64,000 nt of DNA from Strigamia acuminata (GCA_949358305.1 OX442314.1:25668001-25732000); one strand, 5' to 3'; numbered from the stretch's first letter, positions 46,329 through 59,018 are shown. Made by a program: numbers and translations. Notes: generated by a model from the letters alone, not told the origin.

Positions 46329-49300
46329 ATTCAGCTTCGTCTGCGCCAGCCGCGGAAATTAAAAAGAAGAAATATCACACTGGACCCGCAGGTCATGCCT
46401 TGGCAGAAGCACAGATCAAAGATCGCATGCAGACCATTCCGAAGAAGGAAGAAACAGTGACGCTGACAAGTATGCAAGTGAGAACGAAGCCGGAGGTCGA
46501 CATAGATTGGACGGACCTCCCGTTCAATCTGGAGGTTGAGCCCCAAACATTACGCGTTTTTCACTGCAATGTCACGAAAACACATTGCGAAACTCTGTGT
46601 ATGCTGCCAGTGGAGATCGAAAACCAAAAATTGTTCGGTCTGCTGGATTCAGGAGCAGATCGTTCATTCATATCCGAAGATATAGTAAAGGACTTGGATA
46701 TTGAAAAAAAGGTGGCACAAGTGAACGCGAACGTAGAATTGCTCACCGCCAACGGCTACGTCAAGCCGAGGGGCGTAGTTCGCATCATGATCGACTGGAA
46801 AGGGGGGAACCTGTCCCACCCCTTCATAGTCTTGCCATCCCACGACAAAGTATTCCTCTTAGGGATGGATATCATGGCAAAACTGAAAATTCAGCCAAAC
46901 CCGATAACCCGTTCATGGAACTGGATAAGTCCCGAGGGAGAACGGCCAGTCCCCGTAGTTCCCCAAAAATTACTGGACGAAGCCAAGGACAAAGAGGAAT
47001 ACGGAAGAGGATTGCGAAAATTCGTCCAAGATTACGATTTCGCAGCCTTCACTCTGGAATTACAGAGGAGTAACGTCGTGGACACACTGGTCGAGGAGGC
47101 AGCACTGCGTGTTGACGAGGCATCGCTACTAAGGCGAGTGCTTCGAAAACATGAAAGAATTCTGACCAAGACACCTGGTCGAACGACGGAAGCAACCCAC
47201 GAAATAGTCTTAACCACAGACAAGCCGATTCGAGTGCCTTACAAGGGGATGAACCCCCAGAAAAGAGACATTGTGACGCAGATGTGCCAAGACATGCTCG
47301 ACAAGGGCATAGTAACTCAAGCGCTGGGCGAATACGCGATGCGGATCGTCCTGGTAATGCGTCCAGGCTCGGAACCTCGACTATGCATTGATTATCGCCC
47401 CCTGAATGCGATAACAGTTATAGACCCGATTCAGATGCCATCTATAGACTCGATCCTCCGGGAACTGAGCCCGTTCAAGTGGGTAACCACGATGGATCTG
47501 TCAAAGGGGTATTGGCAAGTGGAGCTAAAACCCGAAGACAAACTAAAAACGGCTTTCTACTCCCCGATAGGAAGATTAATGTTCAACGTGATGCCGTTCG
47601 GGCTTGTAAACGCCCCGAGCACGTTCCAGAAATTGATCGAAAGCGTGTTGGGAGATATGCTTCACGACTTCGTGTGGGCGTATCTCGACGACATAATAAT
47701 AACGTCGGACACATTCGAAGAGCATATAGACCACATCGACAGAGTGGTCTCTCGCCTAGCCAAGGCGGGACTCCACATCCATCCAGGGAAGAGCAAGTTT
47801 TGCAGAAAAGAGCTTGCCTTCCTAGGATATCGAATAGGAGTCGAGGGAATCGCGATTGACCCCGAAAAAGTCAAAGCAATAAACGGATTCCCCGCCCCCG
47901 AAGATATAAAAGGTGTCCAGAGATTCATGGGCATGGTCAATTTCTTCGGCCGACTACTCTCTGGTCTGGCTGAAGTGGCCGCGCCTATAACGGATCTCTT
48001 ACGAACGGATAAAGAGTTTGAGTGGACGGTCCAGTGCGAGGCCGCATTTAGCACTATCAAGCAAATGCTGGCTGACGTCGAAAAGATGCCATTGCCGGAC
48101 CTAAACCGACCGTTCGTGTTGCACACCGACGCGAGTAAAATCGGACTGGGTGCAGCCCTTCTGCAGACCCACGTGTACAACGGAATCTCGCAAGAAGTAC
48201 CCTGTATGTTTATAAGCAGAAAAATACAGGGCGCGGAGAAAAATTATACGGCAACGGAACTAGAATGCCTAGCCGTAATTTGGGCAGTTCGGAAATTTCG
48301 CGACTATCTGGAGTACACGAACTTCGAGGTTCAGACAGATCACCAGGCACTAAGCTGGTTGATGAAGCTCAAGGAACCCTCCGGCCGACTCGCACGATGG
48401 CAACTGGAGTTAATGGCGTGCGATATAACAATTACGTACCGCCCCGGGAAGTACAATCATGTGGCCGACGCCCTCTCGAGAGCCCCAGCCTCTGACCCCC
48501 AGGGACCAGACGACGACGGCGAGGACGACACCCACCTCTTGTACTGCCCGACTCCACGGAGAATATGGCGTTTGCGAAAGGCGAACGAGCTACCAGTGAT
48601 GGAGCCTGAAGATAGAACGTTTTGTGGTTTTTGGACTCGAACATACCAGCCAGCTGGGACAAACAATTCAACATCCGAAATTCAATCTCCGCCCCCCGGA
48701 GAAACCCACAAAACACTACTACGCGCCTTCACAGCAAAAATTGAAGAAAAAACACAATACGCTCCACCCACGAGACGTGAGTTCGTCGAACACCAGGCAG
48801 CAGACACAAAATGTCAAATTATAACGCAATATTTGCTGAACGGCGAATTTCCGGAAGGGATGACAAACCCACACCGCCGGAAACAGTTCGTCAAAGAAGC
48901 AACAAGCTACCTCATAGATGATGAACTCCTGGTAAAATACCACCCGACGTTTCAAGATGACCTCAGCGGAGCGGGAAACTCGGTTAAAGTGGTCGTGCCG
49001 GCATCGCTGCACACCCGACTGTTGTGGCTGATGCACGGACACCCGCTCGCCAGCCATTCTGGCGTGGCGAGGACCCTTTATCGAGTAAAACAACTTTTCT
49101 TCTGGCCGGGCGCGCGGCAAAAGATAACGAAATTTATCCGACACTGCCCCCGGTGCCAAGCGTGCAGACCGCGAGATAAAGTGGCCAGAAACGCCATGTC
49201 TCTCGGACCCTACGCACCGTTTGACTGCTTAAGCATAGACTTGATGGGCCCCAAGCCCACAACGGGAAACAAGAACATGTATATTCTCGTAATTATGGAC

Positions 49301-50431
49301 GTGGCCACCCGATGGCCGGAGCTGTACGCCCTCGCGAAGCCCTCGGCTGAAAACATAGTCGAGTGCCTTTACGACGTGGCAATGCGATTTGGGTTTCCCA
49401 GAAAACTCATTTCGGATAACGGCCCCCAATTCCGATCGAGAATATATAAGGACTTCTGTAGAAAATTTAAAATGGATGCATCAAACACCTCCACGTATAA
49501 TCCTCAGACAAACCCAGTCGTGAGATTAAATAAAGACATAAAATATGCGCTGACAGTATTCACCGATATTCACAATCGATGGGACGAATACCTGCGAGAA
49601 ATCGCTTTCAGCATTCGCTCAACCGTGTCAAGAACACGCGAATTCTCACCGGCGTACCTCAACTTCGCCCGCGAATTAAGGATGCCATGGGACCCACGCG
49701 TTGCCGAAGCTGTTAACGTATTAGACCCATCGAGCCCACACGAGTACGTGTGCCGGTTGGAACAGACTATATCCGACACATACCAGCATATGATGGCGCA
49801 TATTTTCAACATGAGAGAAAGAATCGCAGATAAAGAAGGCGATCTCGCTTTCGCGAACTTTAAAGTGAATGATCTAGTGTGGAAGGAGGCACACACGTTG
49901 TCCAATGCAGCGAGGGGCATCGCCGCAGGTTTAGCCGACAAGAGGGACGGTCCCTATGTAATTGTGGCCGAACACGGCGGCAACGCATACCAACTACGCC
50001 GCTTAGAGGACAACAAAAATTTTCAGTCGATACATGGCCGAGATTTAAGGCCATATCTGCCAGAATTTCCACAGGAAATTTGGCTGGAAGGTCAGACACA
50101 CAGCGGCCAAGGGGGCACCGTGGTCGACACGTTCCAAAAAACAAATGAAGCTGAAAATATAGCGGAGAACGAGGATGAATTCTTCGACGCCGAATCCCCA
50201 GCCGACGAGGCTCCAGCTCAGCCGGAGCAAGCAATTTCGGAGAGGGAGGAAGCAGAAGAATGTACTTCTGAAATGGAAAATAAAAAAATTAATAATGAGA
50301 AAAATGCCAACACATCGGAGATGAACGAGCAAGTAGAGTCACGATCTACGAGCACGTCGAAAATCAACCTTCGACCACGACGAAGCAATAATCCGTTCAT
50401 TCGGGACGGCAAAGTCGTGGGGAAGAACTAA
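46295..50431 (+). CDS. pol: Pol polyprotein (protease, RT, RNase H, integrase), via -1 frameshift
   Basis: LLDSGA, YLDDII, LHTDAS, H..H..CPRC, SIDLMGP/ISDNG, GPY. The -1 frame is open from the slippery site A AAA AAC at 46295-46301. Confidence 0.96.
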   Translation, partial: KKLPSAGVAEINSASSAPAAEIKKKKYHTGPAGHALAEAQIKDRMQTIPKKEETVTLTSMQVRTKPEVDIDWTDLPFNLEVEPQTLRVFHCNVTKTHCETLCMLPVEIENQKLFGLLDSGADRSFISEDIVKDLDIEKKVAQVNANVELLTANGYVKPRGVVRIMIDWKGGNLSHPFIVLPSHDKVFLLGMDIMAKLKIQPNPITRSWNWISPEGERPVPVVPQKLLDEAKDKEEYGRGLRKFVQDYDFAAFTLELQRSNVVDTLVEEAALRVDEASLLRRVLRKHERILTKTPGRTTEATHEIVLTTDKPIRVPYKGMNPQKRDIVTQMCQDMLDKGIVTQALGEYAMRIVLVMRPGSEPRLCIDYRPLNAITVIDPIQMPSIDSILRELSPFKWVTTMDLSKGYWQVELKPEDKLKTAFYSPIGRLMFNVMPFGLVNAPSTFQKLIESVLGDMLHDFVWAYLDDIIITSDTFEEHIDHIDRVVSRLAKAGLHIHPGKSKFCRKELAFLGYRIGVEGIAIDPEKVKAINGFPAPEDIKGVQRFMGMVNFFGRLLSGLAEVAAPITDLLRTDKEFEWTVQCEAAFSTIKQMLADVEKMPLPDLNRPFVLHTDASKIGLGAALLQTHVYNGISQEVPCMFISRKIQGAEKNYTATELECLAVIWAVRKFRDYLEYTNFEVQTDHQALSWLMKLKEPSGRLARWQLELMACDITITYRPGKYNHVADALSRAPASDPQGPDDDGEDDTHLLYCPTPRRIWRLRKANELPVMEPEDRTFCGFWTRTYQPAGTNNSTSEIQSPPPGETHKTLLRAFTAKIEEKTQYAPPTRREFVEHQAADTKCQIITQYLLNGEFPEGMTNPHRRKQFVKEATSYLIDDELLVKYHPTFQDDLSGAGNSVKVVVPASLHTRLLWLMHGHPLASHSGVARTLYRVKQLFFWPGARQKITKFIRHCPRCQACRPRDKVARNAMSLGPYAPFDCLSIDLMGPKPTTGNKNMYILVIMDVATRWPELYALAKPSAENIVECLYDVAMRFGFPRKLISDNGPQFRSRIYKDFCRKFKMDASNTSTYNPQTNPVVRLNKDIKYALTVFTDIHNRWDEYLREIAFSIRSTVSRTREFSPAYLNFARELRMPWDPRVAEAVNVLDPSSPHEYVCRLEQTISDTYQHMMAHIFNMRERIADKEGDLAFANFKVNDLVWKEAHTLSNAARGIAAGLADKRDGPYVIVAEHGGNAYQLRRLEDNKNFQSIHGRDLRPYLPEFPQEIWLEGQTHSGQGGTVVDTFQKTNEAENIAENEDEFFDAESPADEAPAQPEQAISEREEAEECTSEMENKKINNEKNANTSEMNEQVESRSTSTSKINLRPRRSNNPFIRDGKVVGKN

Positions 50432-50811
50432 AAATAAAAGAAAATGTGATAACATGGAGCGGAGGCCTTGTAAAATAAAAAGATTTACTTACGAGAGCTG
50501 CTGCACATGTTGAAACGCGAAAATTTGGCTAAGTCCAAACTTCGCAACGAATTGTCGCAGTCACCACTAACAGACGAGAAGTTATGACGTATCGGGCGAC
50601 CACGTGACAATGAAACCACGCGGTCGACCCCGTAGCGTCATTGCCAGCACGGCGGATCTCGCAAAATACGAGACGCGTTCGAGACCCACAATTCTCAGCG
50701 TCGATAGGCCCAGTTTCCGACTGTTTTTAACACGACGAGACGTGTTTTTGCTTCTCCCCCAAAGAGAAAGACAAAGACCTCTCAAACAAAACTTCATTTT
50801 CCTAAATTGAA

Positions 50812-53800
50812 ATGGCCGATCGACGCAACCCACGATTAGAGCCGAGCGCATCGTCGAGAGACGAGAGCGACGGCCTAATCGTAAATGCAGAAGACGATGA
50901 GAATTGGGACGAACAACCGCCGTTGCAGGTAAATTAGTGTGATTTCCCCAGAGAAATCACATAATTCTTTGAATCTGTTGCATCCAACCCAGATTGGAGC
51001 GTGACTTGTGACTGATATATTTCTTTCTGTTTTATTGTTGATTTAAGGCTGGCTAAAAACCCGAGAGTGGACCCAGATTCACCTCGGAGTCAAGGCCGCC
51101 AAAAAACTAGAACAAAGGAAGTGTTCGCGGAATGGCGTCGTGGCAAACCAAAACCAAAACTAAAGGTTTTCTTTCTTTTAAAATTAAACATCGTAATAAA
51201 TTAAAATACGATTAGAGTTAAAATAAAAAGTTTAACGTAATATTAAGAATTTAACGATCGGTTTTGCCTGCGACCCCTTCCTAAAAAGCGGATCACCTGA
51301 GTTCAAAGGTAGTGTTGGATCAGCGCTACGACGGCGGAGATCATCGCAGAACTGCGAAACAAGAAAATAAGACCGACGGCCGCAACAAAAGAAAGGAGTT
51401 GCTGCCACCGTCGATCTTGAGCATATTTCTGATCCCCATCGTTAAACTGGGATTTATTATATTAATCTTGTGATCTAAAATTATTCAGGTCGACCCGCTA
51501 GAATCGTGGGACGCCCTGCCTTCGACGGTGTCAACCGCCAACAACATCTTTCGCGGAGCCCTGCCGATTTACCTGCGGCAGGCCTATCCTGCAGAGACCA
51601 GCGCCTGGAAAATCCGATTGATGTACTCCAGGACCCTCGAGGAAAAATTCGAGCGATCGAAAACGCTGGTCGAGTGCATGACGAAGGAGATGAGGGAGCG
51701 AGTGGGGCCGCGGATCCCACCCGATGCGGATCCGCCGAGCCCCGTTTACTCCGGGTACCTGGAAGAGGCTTACCCAGGCACGGTGGCCGAGCTGCACACC
51801 TCCCATAGGTGGAGCGAGGCCCCGACCTTGGCAGCCCGCCAGAGAATAGTGGACGACGAGATCAAACGCTTAAAGCGCACCGAGACTCACGGAGTAACCC
51901 GAGTTCTCGAGAGAAACGGTTTCTCCCCCGAAGAAATCCGTAGATGGCTTCGCGACATCGAAGAAGATCATCTGACACCCAGATGGATACCGCCGGCGAA
52001 TTTTACGGCCACGCAGTCTGAGATGTGGCAGTTATACCACGCTGGTATCCTGGGAAGTCGCCGCCATCACAGAAGATCGAAGCGTCCGGCGGAGTCCGCC
52101 CCACGCGGACCCGCACGAAGAAGACAGGCCGTCTCCCCAATAGAGGCCGGCCCGTCAACGAGCCGCGACTACCGCAGCCGCTCGAGCAGCTCCAGTTCCC
52201 GAACTCGAGTTGTCGTGCGCTCGGAGTGTCGCCGAGTAGTAACGCTCGAGCCTGCCTCGCCAGACGACGCGCGGGCTGAGCGAACAGTCGAATCTTCCGC
52301 CCACTGGGCTGCGAGGACCGAGACACACCAAGATCGAGGAAAGAAAAGATCCTCGTTGTTCATGGCGATTACCACACAGTCGTCAGATCAATCCTCGTCG
52401 CGACGAACCGTCTCATCACACCAGAGACCGAATTCTCCGACGGACGTCCCCCAGAGGACGGCCCAACGAAGATCCGTCGCAGCCAGCACCCGGAGGAATC
52501 GAAAGCGCAAAGTACGTCAGAAGTTGCGAGCACAATCCCTGATAGCTAAGGGATTAGAGAAGGAGCGAGAGATGGCCGCCGCGAAACGGTCCGAACCCCA
52601 GAGTCTCGGACCCACGGCTGGACCGTCCAGGCGCCAAGCAGAGATTGATTTGGGAGAGTTGACGGAAGAGCAAATGTCCCCAGATGAGTCGGACAAAGAT
52701 GGGCCGGTTACAAAACAGGATCTGGCCGTAGCATTGAAGAACGCCTTCCGAGGATACGCGGCCAACCGGCCGTCGGGCTCAACACCGGCTGTGCCCACCG
52801 CGCTTGTGCCCCCACAAGTGCAATCGCGATGGCCGCCACTCCTCGAGGGTACAAACCCAGCCGTGACCGCTTGGACCCCTCCCCGGATGATTCCGGTGGG
52901 GGATCCAGCTCCGAAGCGGGTCAGATACGATAATCTACCCGGGCTGGGCCGTCCACCGTCACCCCCAACGCCACGAGTGTGTCGACCTTATCGCAACGCC
53001 GAATGGTACGCCCAGCGAGAGATGGACGCTCGATGCCGGCGTGAAGCGGCCTATCCCCCACTCAGCGAGCTACAAGAATATCTGGCCGAATACGAGAACC
53101 CCGCGATTGCCGAGTTGGCCATACGACAGGCCGACGCCGCCCAAACCCACCACATCAATTGGGCGATCGAACAGATGCGGACGCTGTCACAACAATTCAG
53201 TGGCAATCCGGACCGCGCTCACCCCTGCCATCGGAGCAGTTTGAATTTGGCAGTGACGAACGTCATGGCCCAGCTGCTGTCCCTGGGCGTCTTCTTGGAC
53301 AGTCGGCAGGCTATGGCGGCCTGGACAATCGTCGACCGTGAGGGAGTTCACCTTCCTCGGGCGTTGTACCAGGTATGGGCCGGATGGACTCCTGAGCCCG
53401 CCTCGCTGCGCTTCGACCTGGCCAGGAATACGGAGAACCCAGGCCTGCAGTTTTCGAAGATGCGTTCGTTGGCATTCCGCTACCGGAACCCCGGAGTCCA
53501 CCCTTCCTTGTTGCGAACAATTCGGGAGGCTCCGGAGATACCGGGAACGACAGCGAGCCTCCCACAGGCCATCGAGACCGCCCCCCCAGAGGCGGCGGTC
53601 CAACCATACATACCGACCCCAAAGCCGGTATTCCCGAAGGAGAAGCGACATGCGAATCGACCCATATTGATTCCGAAGCGTTCCAAGCGAGGACCCCGAA
53701 CTCCTCCGCTGCCCTCTCCTTCACCACCAGCGGCAGGGCTGGCCGCTCTCTCTGCAGAGCCGGCTACGCCACCGTTGGAGAGCCCAATGGAGATTCCGCT

Positions 53801-54275
53801 CCCACCATCGCCTCCGCCGCCCCCAGCAGCGCAGCTTTATTTGAGGCTGGGAGTGGAATACCCCTTCCTTCAGATGTCGGAGTTCACGCGACAACGCATC
53901 ATTGACTCCGACGATCACGGCGAATCAATCCTCAAATGGCTAAACAGAGAAGCCCGATCCACCATGGACGCCGTCTTCCATCGCCGTATCCTACGGGCCC
54001 ACAGGAAACCCGGATCGAGCGCCGAGTCGCGAAGGATCCGACTCGTCCCCGATCGATTCCCCGCGTCTACCCGGATTTGGATCCATGAGCGTACGGGGTT
54101 GGTTGGCGAGCCAGCCGGCAGTCACCCGCAGTACTTCATCAACGAGCGACAAAATCCTGCGGATCTGACAACCTCTCTGCCCCCGGATTTACCACCGCCG
54201 CCACCGGCAGTGCCACCCGTGATCCTCCGCCCATGCAGAGGAGTGCTGCCGGCTCTTCGCAGAGGAGAGCGATGA
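50812..54275 (+). CDS. Third gene of the Gypsy element, unknown function; predicted join(50812-50928, 51489-54275), about 967 aa
   Basis: 928-codon open frame with a stop at 51471 and no nearby ATG, preceded by acceptor TTATTCAG|G. An upstream 39-codon ATG exon ends CAG|GTAAAT. Both junctions are phase 0. Confidence 0.7.
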
Positions 54276-54310
54276 GAAAATTGAGATCGCTCCGATCCGA
54301 GATCGAAGCT

Positions 54311-54320
54311 GGAGGAGGGA
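54311..54320 (+). other. Polypurine tract
   Basis: GGAGGAGGGA two nt before the 3' LTR. Confidence 0.85.
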
Positions 54321-54322
54321 CG

Positions 54323-55143
54323 TGTGGTGACCCAGTTGGATAAGTGTCCCCCCAGGGCGGATACTTGTCCTATGAGTCACTATGATTAAAGAGTCGTTCC
54401 CCCCCGAGTTGGCTCCACCTCCCCATGGCAGGTGTGTGCCCCGAGGGGGAGGAAGCGGCTGGTGGTCAGCCCCCATTGGTTGATCGCCGGCCCTTCACCC
54501 CACTGCATAAAAGGCTGTGTTTCCCGCCTAAAGACAGAACTTACACAAACGACACCAAGAACACAGCAACTACCTCACCGTCAGGCCAACTTCAACTACA
54601 AGTTAGGATTGATCGAGGATCGCTGAGTAAAGTGCAAACTGTAACTCTCACGAAGTCACTTGCGAGCTATTCCTGCGAAAGCACGAGAATAGCCCTTGTG
54701 AAATCACCCAGAATAATCGCCCAGACGATTATTCGCCGAAGTAAGTGTCCGAGTGCTTTGTAGGGAACCCCAAAGTTCCTAGACGAGGCCTCTGCGACGC
54801 TAAACCAAAACCTAGACAACAGGCACGGATAGAAGACTCGAAAGAGCATTCCACCGCGTCCGTGAAGACGAATCCGTGACGAATTAACGACAACTCGAGA
54901 CGCCGCCTTTGTTCCGCCGACCACGCGGAATCGACGACGCCATCTTGAGAAATCCTTTGTTCGACGCTGACCACGTCGACTCTAGAATTATTACTGAGTG
55001 TATTTTAAAGGCATAAAGCCTGGTGAATAAATTACCTGTTTATTTACATACATTTAGTATTCATTTGGGTATTTGCATAATTGATCACAGGTAAAGTATT
55101 ACACGTTAGCGCTATTTAAACCTATACCAAGTAGGACGCGACA
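54323..55143 (+). repeat. 3' LTR
   Basis: Direct repeat of 42273-43093. Confidence 0.97.
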
Positions 55144-56982
55144 CCACGTAAAAATTTGCCGCCAGGACCGTGGAGCTTGCCGATAGTAGGTTATCTTCCA
55201 TTCTTGAAAAAACCGCCTCACTTAGGAATTACTGAGTTAGGAAAGAAGTATGGCAGTGTCATGAGGTAAATTTTATACTAAAAATTAACATTTTGTTAAA
55301 TAAATATTTTGTTATCGTAGCTTTTACTTAGGGAGTGTGTTGGTCATAACATTGTGTGATTATAAAGCCATTAAAGAAGCATTTGTAAAGAAAGGAAATA
55401 TTTTTTCTGCGAAACCAAAAGCCAATGTTTTTAAATTTAGTTCCAACGACAAAGGTAGAAATCCTTTTCTTATTTTCTATATCAATTATGCTGATATTTT
55501 AAAATCTGTGTGTTCATTTTATGATATTTTTAGGTCTTTTGATGTCCGACGGCGAAATAGCCAGTCAACATCGTCGGTTTATTCTTTCAAGTTTCAGAGA
55601 TTTTGGAATGGGGAAAACCAGTCTCGAGCCACAATTAATGGTACTTGTTGCATTTTCGGCTCTTAAGGTGGAAACACAAGGGAGCGAGTAAAATTTAAAA
55701 GCTTGCTTTTACTTGAAAAAGCAACTAAAATCTCGCCCGCTTGAGCAAACACCAACTTGCGTTTTTATTCAAAGCTTTGTTTTGAAGCGAGCTTGTACTC
55801 ACTGTACCCGCTCCAGGTTCAAGCTTGCTGGTGTTTTGGTCATGTGACTTTGACAGCCAATCAGAATCGTGAAAAAATTGTTGTACACACATTCGTGATT
55901 CGGCTATCAGTTCAACTGTAATAGATAAAAAAAATCATATTTACCACATAAAACAAATGTTTAATAAATATTGCAGCTAGAAATCAAGTACTTTATGGAT
56001 GAAATCAGAAAAGAAAATGGAAAAGCTATAGATTTGCAACCACTGTTACGCACAAGTGTGTCAAATGTAATATCTATGCTTGAATTTGGGAAGCGATTTG
56101 AATACTCAGATGAAGAATTTATTCGCCTTAGAAAATTGGTAACAGACAACGCACAATTTAATGGATCTTTGGCAATACGTGTATTCCTTCCATGGATAAA
56201 ATATATCCCCTTCAGTGACAAATTTATAGGATTTCACAAGACGAAGTAAGCTACTTTTGACTCCCAAAGACTAAAAGCCCTTCCTTGAATATTTTCTTTC
56301 TGAAATATTTACCATTTCAATTGTATTGTTTCTCATTTTCGGGCAATATTTCTAGGCGAGCTATTAGGTTAAAGAAACTACTGCCCCCAAATTTCTAGTT
56401 GGAAAAATACGAAACAGCTCTAACTCCATGAAGTAGAATTTAAAAATCTTTGGTTGACCTAAAGCAGCATTTCGCAAGCCGGTTTTTGGAGCTTCTATAT
56501 TTCTAACATGTCTAACATGGGCCCGTCACTCACAGGGCGGTTAGCCCGTGAGTGATGTGGTCGGTTGGCATATGACATTCTGATGTGGTACTTACCTACA
56601 GCCCATGTAGCTGCTCAAGAAGGTTGCAACAAGGACATCTCCCTGTCACTGAGCGTCACAGTGGTGAATGGGAGAAAAGCAGAGTCAACTCGGGCACTGC
56701 ACTGCCCAGGCTGGCTACGGGACCTCACTAGCACACGTCCTCACCCGGTGCTGTCCAAACTCTCTCTCCCACACCACTCAGCTCCCTCCTTCCCCACTGG
56801 GTCAGTCTACCCTGCAAGAGGGGTGACCAGGGGCTAGAGAGCAGTGTGTGGAGTGACGTGGGTCACTGTGGATGGCCAGACAGTCACAAATTTGTTCCCA
56901 TAGCTCAACCTATCCAGATTTCCCGATACTTAATTTGTTCTCAGTCCAGCCCTGGCTGTAGTTGTAAATAAAATCGACTGTA

Positions 56983-57297
56983 CAGGGTGAGTCAAAACTG
57001 TGGTTCCATCAAAATAATTTGGATACGGTTGAAGGGAGAAATTCTAAAATTTTCATGCAATATAAATCAAGTGTGCTCTTTTCAATGAACTTAATTTCAA
57101 TACTAAATAAAGTGTGCTCTACAACTTTTCAATTGGAAATTTTGTCTTAGCTTCGATGGTTTCCAAGATATAGTAATAACGTGACCCTGAAAAAACATTT
57201 CAAGGTCTTTGAAATGAAGTTCATTGGAAAGAGCATACTTGAAAATTTCTGAATTTTTCATTCAACCCTATCCAAATTATTTCCATTAACCACCCTG
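56983..57297. mobile_element. Duplicate of MITE 10385-10699
   Basis: Offset +46598. Confidence 0.8.
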
Positions 57298-59018
57298 TAT
57301 CGGCCATATACTAGTACTCTCCATTACAGTATAAAGTGAAACATATACTGCAGCCACTACAGCACTGTCCTGCCAATGCCAACAGAGTAAATTTCCAAAA
57401 GTTCTCCAATTTGTCTTATCTTTCCTTACTTCTAACTCGAAACATTTTTTATTTATAGAGAAGGTGTAAAAGTTGTTAAAAACTTTTTCTACAAAAAAGT
57501 ACTACAACATGAAAGAAACTATACCGAAGGAAGCCGAACGCATTTTATTGATGCTTCTATTACCGAAAGAAATTCTACCATAAGAAAAACAGGTTCAGAA
57601 GGATGTTTTTCTAGTAAGTCAAATTCAAACTAAATCAAACAGCAATAGCTACGGGCGCAATTAAAGGCCTAAGTAAAAATCACTCGTTACGGTAGGCGTA
57701 CTAAGCCTAACACTGCCTGGGAGCGATCACTATGCGAATATCAGTGTCACTTGTGTTAAAATTGATCACTAAAATAAAGATCCTTTACCTGACCGGATGA
57801 AACAGACATTAAGTCAACTTGTGTCAACTTGTGCTCGCTTCCAATTGTCGTCTGTGGAGCTAATGCCTGCTCAGGCATATTCTATACACACAATTGTTTA
57901 AATTAATAGATTGAATTACCTTTTCAGAAGATGAACTTGTTGGAAATCTAAGGGCTTTGTTTGGTGCTGGCACTGAAACTACGACTTCTCTTCTACTCTG
58001 GAGTATTCTTTACATCCTAAAATATCCAGAAATAAGAAAAAAGGTTTTACAAGAAAATAACGATGTTATTGGTCATAGCAGAGATCCTACTTTCAGTGAC
58101 AAAAACAACATGCCGTATACTAGTGCGTATCTGTTAGAGGTCCACAGACACGCATCAATAGTTCCATTCACTCTTGTTCACAGGTATGTAAAATCTAATT
58201 TAATTTAGTGTTTACTATAATTAATTTACTTAAATAGCAACATGGAAGAAACCAATGTTTCTGGATTCACTGTTCCAAAACACTCTTACGTAATAGGAAA
58301 TTTATGGGCAGTACATCATGACAAAGATTTGTGGGAAAACCCTGATGAATTCAATCCCGATAGATTCTTGAATGAGCAAGGAGAAGTTCAAAAATCAGAA
58401 TATCTTATTCCCTTTTCTATAGGTAAAATTTTGTTTTGGTTGGATTTTCGTGACTTAATATATAGTGAGAAGTTGTCAGAAGTAATATACCAGGGGGGGG
58501 GGGATAATAGTCAGGATAATAAGGTCAGCACGAATCTTCTTAATTATCAAGTAATTAGATGAATGCACTACTGGATTGCGCACTGCAAATGGCGTCCAGT
58601 TTGTGAGACGACGCATTGTTGAGGCGAAGTGACGTCATAAATGCTCTCCAACTTCCTGTTTCGCGTCTTACTCCACCAATTTCAATCCAACTTGATATCG
58701 CAATTTTTTCCATCGCAAATCCGGTCATCGCAAATTTGGACCTCGCCCATATAAACAATTTAATATTCCTTTTATTCTTTTTGATTTATTTTAAACAGGT
58801 AAACGAAACTGCATTGGCGAGTCTCTAGCAAATACTCAAAATTTCCTATACTTTACAACATTACTTCAAAATTTCAAGATAAGACTCCCAAAAGGAAATA
58901 CTGTGTCGATGGACTTTCAATTTGGGGTTGCATTGAGTCCCAAACCATTCAAAATTTGTATGACCTAAAAGCAGAGCAACAATTTTACAATCAATAAAAT
59001 CATTTATTTACTAAGCTA

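Larger units (their letters stand above)
42273..55143 (+). mobile_element. Full-length Ty3/Gypsy LTR retrotransposon with three genes
   Basis: 821-bp TG..CA LTRs, TSD CCAC (42269-42272, 55144-55147), empty site visible near 8546, PBS, PPT, PR-RT-RH-IN order. Confidence 0.98.
42176..58968 (+). pseudogene. CYP-C copy 2, disrupted in exon 1 by the Gypsy insertion
   Basis: Frame reads ...YLKPLW-stop (TGA 42278-42280) on entering the LTR. The gene resumes at 55144. Confidence 0.92.

Noticed and set aside
50993..51165. Extra small exons inside the ORF3 intron
   Set aside because: An open path needs an 8-nt micro-exon and a 47-nt intron, which cannot be supported without transcripts.
51528..54275. 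ORF3 as an envelope gene
   Set aside because: No signal peptide, transmembrane segment or Cys-rich ectodomain; composition is basic and Pro-rich.
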